Shown one piece after another: positions 57,472-64,000 of a DNA stretch of 64,000 nucleotides; the stretch's first letter is position 1; every line of letters begins with the position of its first letter. The DNA comes from an uncultured Sphingomonas sp. (GTDB taxonomy: Bacteria > Pseudomonadota > Alphaproteobacteria > Rhizobiales > Rhizobiaceae), in assembly GCA_964658415.1 (NCBI GenBank), contig CAZZZI010000002.1, positions 2,391 through 66,390 on the forward strand. Reading direction: 5' to 3'. Under the pieces are notes generated by a model, which saw only the letters and a program-made list of their open reading frames with translations, did not search any database and was not told the origin of the DNA. The translations under genes were made by a program, and so were the position numbers.

Positions 57472-58245
57472 GTGGCAACCATCGACCTCAATTGTGACAT
57501 GGGTGAAAGTTTTGGCGCCTATAAAATTGGCGATGACGAATCAATGCTGGAACTCATCTCCACCGCCAACATAGCCTGTGGATTCCACGCAGGTGACCCC
57601 GTCGTCATGCGAGACACGATTCTGGCTGCCAAGGCGCGAGGCGTGGCAATCGGTGCGCATCCGTCCTTCATGGATCTCTACGGCTTTGGTCGCCGCCGCA
57701 TCTCGGGCGAGCGCCCGGAAGATCTGGAAGCCCAGATAATTTACCAGATAGCGGCGATACAAGGCATGGCGTTGGCTCTTTCCTGGCCGATGACCCATGT
57801 CAAGACCCATGGTTCGCTTGGCAACATGGCGGCCGTCGATGCGGAGCTTGCAGCGGTCTGCGTCCGGGCCATCAAGGCGGTTGATCCGAAGCTCGTGTTC
57901 ATTACCCTGCCCTATTCGGAAACGATGAAAGCGGCGCAAGCCGCCAGTATCCGCGTCGCCTGCGAAGTCTACGCCGATCGAACCTATGACGACGCCGGAA
58001 TGCTGACTTCCCGCCAGATGGAAGGATCGGTCATTCATGATCCCCGGCAAAGTGTCGACCAGGTTCTGTCGATGGTCCTGGACGGGGTCATTCCGACCGT
58101 GGGTGGCAAGAAGCTACCCGTCGATGCCGCAACGATCTGTGTCCATGGCGACACCCCCGGCGCAGTGGCTATGGCACGCGCCTTGCGCACATCGCTCGCC
58201 GAAAACGGCATCGATATCGCTCCCTTCACGAAACCATTTATCTGA
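57472..58245 (+). CDS. pxpA: 5-oxoprolinase subunit A (LamB/YcsF)
   Basis: DLNCDMGESFG, ANIACGFHAGDP, GAHPS, HVKTHG, ADRTY, ICVHGD. Confidence 0.93.
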   Translation: MATIDLNCDMGESFGAYKIGDDESMLELISTANIACGFHAGDPVVMRDTILAAKARGVAIGAHPSFMDLYGFGRRRISGERPEDLEAQIIYQIAAIQGMALALSWPMTHVKTHGSLGNMAAVDAELAAVCVRAIKAVDPKLVFITLPYSETMKAAQAASIRVACEVYADRTYDDAGMLTSRQMEGSVIHDPRQSVDQVLSMVLDGVIPTVGGKKLPVDAATICVHGDTPGAVAMARALRTSLAENGIDIAPFTKPFI

Positions 58246-58258
58246 CGAGGACATAGTC

Positions 58259-59113
58259 TTGACCCGCACCGTTTATCTGAATGGGGAATGGCTTCCCGAA
58301 GCCGATGCCAAGGTTTCCATATTTGACCGCGGCTTCCTGTTTGCTGACGCCATCTATGAGGTTACCGCAGTCATCGGCGGCAAGCTTATTGACTATCATG
58401 GTCATGCCGCACGCCTGCAGCACTCCCTGTCAGAACTCGGCATTGCCTGCCCGCTTTCGGACACTTCTCTGCTCGAGGTGCATCTAGAAATCGTTCGTCG
58501 CAACACGCTCGATGAAGGGCTGATCTATCTTCAGGTCAGCCGTGGCGCCGCCGATCGGGATTTTGCTTTCCCGACGGCCGCAGAGCCGACGCTGGTTCTC
58601 TTTACCCAGGCAAAACCGGTGCTGAACAATCCACGCAGCGAGACCGGCATCTCGATTGCCACAGTGCCGGACTGGCGCTGGGAGCGCCGAGATATCAAGA
58701 CGGTGCAGCTGCTCTACCCATCCATGGCGAAGATGGAAGCCATGCGGCGCGGCGCGGACGACGCCTGGCTCGTTGAGGACGGGTTCGTCACCGAGGGCAG
58801 TGCCGCAACGGCCCACATCGTCAAGACGGATGGAACACTTGTGACACGTGGCCTGTCGCATGCCCTGCTGCACGGGATAACCCGAGCCAGCATCATCGAT
58901 CTCGCACGTGATGCCGGAATCAAGGTGGAAGAACGGAGCTTCACCGTCGAGGAAGCCAAGGGCGCCGCCGAGGCCTTCATCACATCCGCCACCAACTTTG
59001 CAACATCGGTTGTTAGGATTGACGACGCCGTTATCGGCAGCGGCAAGCCCGGCCCCGTCGCCAAGAAGCTACGCACGCTCTACACCGAAAGCCGGCTGGC
59101 TTCGGCGATCTGA
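58259..59113 (+). CDS. dat: D-amino-acid aminotransferase (class IV PLP)
   Basis: DRGFLFADAIYEV, YLQVSRG, RRDIKTVQL, TEGS, GITR; TTG start after GAGG. Confidence 0.88.
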   Translation: MTRTVYLNGEWLPEADAKVSIFDRGFLFADAIYEVTAVIGGKLIDYHGHAARLQHSLSELGIACPLSDTSLLEVHLEIVRRNTLDEGLIYLQVSRGAADRDFAFPTAAEPTLVLFTQAKPVLNNPRSETGISIATVPDWRWERRDIKTVQLLYPSMAKMEAMRRGADDAWLVEDGFVTEGSAATAHIVKTDGTLVTRGLSHALLHGITRASIIDLARDAGIKVEERSFTVEEAKGAAEAFITSATNFATSVVRIDDAVIGSGKPGPVAKKLRTLYTESRLASAI

Positions 59114-59271
59114 CGAGACAAGAACATCAGGCGCTGCAAAAGTGACATGCTCCCCGTGATCGCCAGTATCTCGGGGAGCGAGATCCTTCTGTTGTAAGGA
59201 AAAGGGTAACCTTGGAGTATCGCCGATTTATCTGTTTTTCGCCGGGCAGCCGGATCCGACCGGACCAGCCA

Positions 59272-60198
59272 TCACTTAATGTCTGCCCATGGCGCGCGGG
59301 TGAACTCGCGCGCGAGGTGGTCGATGACAGCCTTGACGCGCAAGGGACGTAAGGGGCTGGGCGGCGTGACGAGATAAAGGCCCAGCGACGTTGCCGACCA
59401 GTCCGGAAGGGCGATTTCAAGCTTGCCAGCTTTGACATCCCGCCAGACCATGAAGTCGGGCTGCAGGGCGAGACCCTGGCCAGCTATCAAGGCCGGGTTC
59501 AGAATGTCGGCGTTGTCGGTCCAGATTTTGACGGGAGGCTCGACCGTTTCTTCGCCGAGGGTTGGATGGGTGAATCTCCAGATACCTCTCGACGGGCCGC
59601 CCGTGTAGCCGAGTGCACTATGCTTTGTCAGGTCACCCGGACGGGACGGCCGCCCATGTTGGGAGAAGTAATCCGGCGAGCCGACGAGCAAGATGCGAAC
59701 GGTCGCAAGTCGCCGCGCCAACAGGGATGAATCTCCCAGGCTGGCGATCCGCAATGCCAGATCGAACCCTTCGGCAATCAGGTCGACCTTGCGATCGCTG
59801 AGTGCCAGCTCCAGCGTGATTTCCGGATACGCTTGCAGCAGGGATGGCAGTGTTCCACCGAGATAGGCGGTGCCGAACGATAGCGGCGCGCTGATCCGGA
59901 CGAGACCGCGTGGCACGGCTGTCTGCTCGCTTGCCTCTTCTTCCAGAGCCCTTGCTTCGTGGAGGATGCGGTTGGCTCGCTCAAGAGAGGATCGACCGGC
60001 CTCGGTGACGGACAGCCGACGCGAGGTGCGGGCGAACAGCGAAAAACCCAGCCGGATTTCGAGGCGTGTGATTGCCTTCGATACGGTCGGATTGGACAGG
60101 CCAAGCTCGACGGCTGCACGCGAAAACGAGCCGAGTTCGGCGACTTTCGCGAAGATGGCCCAGGCTTCCAGATCGGGGAGACGGTTTTTCATTGTCAT
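59272..60198 (-). CDS. LysR-family regulator
   Basis: SFSRAA.ELG, LE.RLG..LF.RTSR, VDLIAEGFDLALR. Confidence 0.95.
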   Translation of the reverse strand: MTMKNRLPDLEAWAIFAKVAELGSFSRAAVELGLSNPTVSKAITRLEIRLGFSLFARTSRRLSVTEAGRSSLERANRILHEARALEEEASEQTAVPRGLVRISAPLSFGTAYLGGTLPSLLQAYPEITLELALSDRKVDLIAEGFDLALRIASLGDSSLLARRLATVRILLVGSPDYFSQHGRPSRPGDLTKHSALGYTGGPSRGIWRFTHPTLGEETVEPPVKIWTDNADILNPALIAGQGLALQPDFMVWRDVKAGKLEIALPDWSATSLGLYLVTPPSPLRPLRVKAVIDHLAREFTRAPWADIK

Positions 60199-60362
60199 TT
60201 CAGGAAACAATATCTTGCCAACGTTTCTATTTCGTCAAGATCGAAACCGCTGCATTCTATCCTCACCGGAACACTTACGGTCGAACGGACCGGCAGCCGG
60301 CAACGAGATTTGAGACAACCGACTGAACATCATCCGAAACCTAGATATCAATGGAGACGACC

Positions 60363-61190
60363 ATGCCGACGATCAAAACTCAGGACGGAACCGAAATCTT
60401 CTACAAGGACTGGGGTTCCAAGGATGCCCAGGCCATCATGTTCCACCATGGCTGGCCGCTCAGCTCGGACGACTGGGATGCACAGATGATGTTCTTCCTC
60501 GAAAAGGGCTATCGGGTCATCGCCCATGATCGCCGCGGCCATGGACGCTCGTCGCAATCAGGCACCGGCCACGACATGGACACCTACGTTGCCGACGTCG
60601 TCGCGCTGACGGATGCTCTCGACCTTCGCAATGCAATCCACATCGGTCATTCGACGGGTGGCGGCGAGGTTGCCCGGTATGTCGCCAAGGCAAAGCCCGG
60701 CCGCGTCTCCAAGGCGGTGCTGGTTAGTGCTGTGGCGCCAATCATGGTCAAGACCGAAAACAATCTCGACGGCGTGCCGATGGATGTCTTTAACTTCGTC
60801 CGCGAGCAGACCGCCACCAATCGCGCGCAATTCTTTTACGACTTCACGATGCAGTTCTTCGGCTACAACCGCGAAGGGGCCGATATCAAGGAAGGCGTTC
60901 GTCGCAACTGGTGGCGTCAGGGCATGATGGGCAGCGTTCTGGCCCACTACAAGGGCATTGCCGCTTTCTCGGAAACCGACTTCACCGAAGATCTAAAGAA
61001 AATCGCCGTCCCGACGCTGGTCATGCATGGCGAAGACGACCAGGTCGTTCCGTTCCCAACCACCGGCAAGATGTCGGCTGCGATCGTTCCGGGCGCAGTT
61101 CTGAAGTCCTACCCTGGTTATCCGCATGGCATGCCGACAACGAACGCCGACGTGATCAACGCCGACCTGTTGGCTTTTATTCAAGTTTGA
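60363..61190 (+). CDS. Non-heme haloperoxidase / alpha-beta hydrolase
   Basis: YKDWG, HGWPL, HDRRGHGRS, GHSTGGG, HGEDDQ, PHG. Confidence 0.92.
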   Translation: MPTIKTQDGTEIFYKDWGSKDAQAIMFHHGWPLSSDDWDAQMMFFLEKGYRVIAHDRRGHGRSSQSGTGHDMDTYVADVVALTDALDLRNAIHIGHSTGGGEVARYVAKAKPGRVSKAVLVSAVAPIMVKTENNLDGVPMDVFNFVREQTATNRAQFFYDFTMQFFGYNREGADIKEGVRRNWWRQGMMGSVLAHYKGIAAFSETDFTEDLKKIAVPTLVMHGEDDQVVPFPTTGKMSAAIVPGAVLKSYPGYPHGMPTTNADVINADLLAFIQV

Positions 61191-61283
61191 TCGCCTGAGC
61201 TGGAGGACGGTGTCGATCGCACACCCTCCTCCTTCGGGGATTTCACAACTCGTCTATCCGCCAAGCTTTATGAGGGATTCCAC

Positions 61284-62189
61284 ATGTCCAGCCAAAACAG
61301 ACCAGATAATAGACTGCTGCTCACAGTGGTTCTGACTGCCTTCTTCTCGACGCCTTTGGCGGCGTCGGCCGACAATGCTTTGGTGGCGGTCGGGCCACAG
61401 TACGATACCACTCATGTCTACGTCGACACCGCCGACACCGATCGTTTTGTCTCGAGCTTCACGGCAACATTTGGCGGGGCATCGACCAAGCAGGTCGTTA
61501 CCACAGTGACACCCACGCCAAGCAGCACAAGCTCGCAGTTGATCAGGACGCCAGTGGGCGCGGTTTCGTTGTTTGGGTTCAAGACGCCGATACCGTATCA
61601 GTTTGGCTCGGAGCGAACGGGCTATCTGGTCAAGGACATAGATAGTGCGGTTCGGGCGGCCCGCAGTGCCGGGGCCGCGGTGATCGTCGATAGCTTCCCC
61701 GACCCGATCGGCCGCGATGCCATCATCCAGTGGCCGGGCGGCGTCAACATGCAGCTCTACTGGCACAATAGTGCGCCATCTTACCCGCCTCTTGAAACTG
61801 TCCCCGAAAACCGTGTCTATGTGTCCAAAGACACAGCCGACGCCTTTGTCCGTGATTTCGTAGCCTTCTCGCATGGCAAGATCACTTCCGACGTCAGGGA
61901 TGCTCCAGGCACGGACATCGGCCGGAATGCTACGGCGTCATATCGCCGTATTGGGATTAAGTCCGACTTCGGGAAAATGACTGTCCTGGTGACTGATGGA
62001 CACCTGCCTTACCCCTTCGGTCTTGAGACGACTGGTTATGAAGTCGAGAACTTGGGTGAGACGCTGGAAAAGGCGACAGCCTCAGGGGCAAAGATCTTGG
62101 TTCAGCCATTCAATACCGACCACCAACAGGCGGCGATGGTCGAATTTCCTGGAGGGTACATCTCAGAGATACATGCTCCCGTGAACTGA
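61284..62189 (+). CDS. Secreted glyoxalase/VOC-like protein
   Basis: Signal peptide; PQYDTTHVY; duplicated motifs (G.ERTGY.V..., WPGG / FPGG). Confidence 0.75.
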   Translation: MSSQNRPDNRLLLTVVLTAFFSTPLAASADNALVAVGPQYDTTHVYVDTADTDRFVSSFTATFGGASTKQVVTTVTPTPSSTSSQLIRTPVGAVSLFGFKTPIPYQFGSERTGYLVKDIDSAVRAARSAGAAVIVDSFPDPIGRDAIIQWPGGVNMQLYWHNSAPSYPPLETVPENRVYVSKDTADAFVRDFVAFSHGKITSDVRDAPGTDIGRNATASYRRIGIKSDFGKMTVLVTDGHLPYPFGLETTGYEVENLGETLEKATASGAKILVQPFNTDHQQAAMVEFPGGYISEIHAPVN

Positions 62190-62202
62190 GAAAATCTCGG
62201 AG

Positions 62203-62228
62203 GTTCTGAGGCCAGCCCGCCTCAGAAC
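62203..62228. terminator. Hairpin downstream of the glyoxalase-like gene
   Basis: GTTCTGAGGC / GCCTCAGAAC perfect 10-bp stem. Confidence 0.5.
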
Positions 62229-62484
62229 GGACGCGACCGACGCTACCCGGCGCATCTCGTTTAGGAAGTACGTGAAATGGATTGCGGTTGGTTCTGCCGG
62301 TTCGGTCCTCCTCATTCTTTTGGCGTGGTAGACGTTTGGGCGACGAGTTTGATTGAATTTTAGACCCTGTGCCCAGCGGTCTCACCACCAATGTCTTCGA
62401 TAAGTCCAGCAAACATTGGACAAGGTGGCTGGGCGTGATCGACCGCCACCTCATCGCGGTGGTCGGGCTTTGGGCTCGCAGAGT

Positions 62485-63200
62485 CTACCAGAAATCTCGC
62501 GTTTTCACTCTGATCTGTTCGATGTATTTGGTCGGATCCCAGATATCCCATGGATTGAGAATACCACGTGGATCAGGCGCTGGGCTACCATGCCGAAACT
62601 CATCCCCTCGCCCGTGCGGTATTGGAAACGCGCTGTCCGTTTCGCCGACACCGGCAAGCTCGGCAGACAGGTCCATCAGTTTATGGGCAACGAGATGCAC
62701 GATGGCGCCTTCCCGCTGCACCTTGCCATAAACACCGACCATGCCGGCAGCCAACACGACGCGGCGGAATTTTTCAAATGTTTTGACCCAAACAACGAGG
62801 TTGGCAACGCCGCTCCCGTCCTCGATGGTGATGAACATAACGCCCTTTGCCGAACCAGGCCGCCGGCGCACGAGCACGGGACCGGCCGCCTTCAGCCATT
62901 TGCCGTCGCAAGCCTCCATCGCTTCTGCGCAGGTGACTATGCGCCGTTGTCGGAGATCCTGTCGCAGAAAGCTGCATGGATGAGCCCGTAATGTCAGGCC
63001 GACAGGGGCATAATCCTCGACTACCTCACTGCCATACGTCATCGGCTTCAGCGCGACATCACTCGTCGAGCTCGGAAATAATCTCCGCTATTCCCTCGGC
63101 TGCAGTCGCAAACAGAGGCAGCGGCTCGCCGCGCAACGCTCTGATCGCCCATAACGCTGTCGTCACTGGAACGGCCTGAAATCTCCGAATGGATGCAGCT
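62485..63200 (-). pseudogene. dnaE2: C-terminal remnant of error-prone DNA polymerase DnaE2
   Basis: EVVEDY..GLTLRAHP, VLVR.RPGSAKGVMFITIED, RDF; upstream ALWAIRALRGEPLPLF lies in another frame; N-terminal ~800 aa absent. Confidence 0.88.
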
Positions 63201-63368
63201 TGCATTCAGTCTGTAGAGCGCTCCGCTCACGGAGGCTGCAACGAGAACGCTGAAATTAATTCCCCGTTGCGCTTCATCATCTACCAAGGGACATCGACCG
63301 GACCTACAGAGAAGTATTGTAAAAGTATTGTGCCATGGTGTAGATTGATCCTGACAAGGAGCGCAGAG

Positions 63369-63620
63369 ATGGCGAGAGCAAAGACATTTTCGTTGGGCGA
63401 TAGCTATGACGGGATCCTATCCGATCTTGTGAAGAACGGCCGCTTCGGGACGGAAACCGAAGCCGTGCGTGCCGGCATCCGCATGCTGGCTGACTACGAG
63501 ATCAAGATGCGTTCTCTCCGCAACGACATCCATGCTGCGGACGCGGAAATCGGTGCAGGTCTTGGTAAACAGTATGCAAATGGCACGGATCTGTTCAAGG
63601 ACGTCATGAACGAAGGCTGA
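63369..63620 (+). CDS. parD: ParD-family antitoxin
   Basis: TFSLG...V.NGRFGT.TEAVRAGIRML. Confidence 0.88.
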   Translation: MARAKTFSLGDSYDGILSDLVKNGRFGTETEAVRAGIRMLADYEIKMRSLRNDIHAADAEIGAGLGKQYANGTDLFKDVMNEG

Positions 63621-63624
63621 GACG

Positions 63625-64000
63625 ATTGCCGCCAAAGAACTGATCATCGCCCCACTAGCCCTTGCCGACCTGCGAGACATTCGGCGTTACATCGCGGAGA
63701 GCAGTCCCCATTATGCACAGGAATTCCTGGCGGATCTGACCATGAAGATCTCCTGGATCGCCGAAGTGGATTTCACGGGTTCGCCATGTGATCATATATC
63801 GGAAGGTTTGCGGACTTACCCCTACAGGCAACGTTGCATCTACTATCGCTCTTATCGTGACAGGGTCGTGGTTCTTCGCGTCATGCTTGGTGCGCGAGAT
63901 ACAAGCCGCATGATTTCGAGGTTTAGCTCCAGAGTATCAGCGGAACACAACTCCCCTTGTCTTTGGGACAGGATCGAGCCAATTTCGCTCGCTTCAAGCG
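63625..64000 (+). pseudogene. parE: ParE/RelE-family toxin, probably degraded
   Basis: Manual translation: LIIAPLALADLRDIRRYIAESS...EGLRTYPY...IYYR...VLRVMLGARD; only an ATT start in frame and no stop before the window end. Confidence 0.7.

Noticed and set aside
1-64000. CRISPR array, tRNA or rRNA genes
   Set aside because: No regularly spaced repeats or RNA gene signatures seen

Overview
Segment of a Rhizobiaceae-type (Rhizobium/Agrobacterium-like, inferred from gene content) conjugative plasmid. 1-2.1 kb: a leftward operon of three secreted SNase-fold proteins with degenerate catalytic motifs, plus a TrbM/KikA-like ORF. 2.3-15.1 kb: a complete virB1-virB11/virD4 T4SS containing an extra VirB5-like/lytic-transglycosylase chimera. 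15.3-20.5 kb: small cargo (IS630, NUDIX, MerR, KTSC). 20.7-25.1 kb: a Dtr laid out like Ti virD2-virD1 | oriT | virC1-virC2, with an internally duplicated relaxase and a T-DNA-border-like nic site. 25.2-42.3 kb: leading region (DUF1173, WGR, HU, DUF736, ardC, ParB-like, DNA ligase, DarB-like methylase-helicase, DUF1419, Toprim) with long GC-rich hairpins upstream of the minus-strand genes. 42.9-64 kb: FitA/VapC toxin-antitoxin, a ~15 kb GntR-associated amidohydrolase-rich catabolic island, LysR/haloperoxidase, a dnaE2 remnant and a probably degraded parDE. All calls come from motif reading by eye; no database searches were run.
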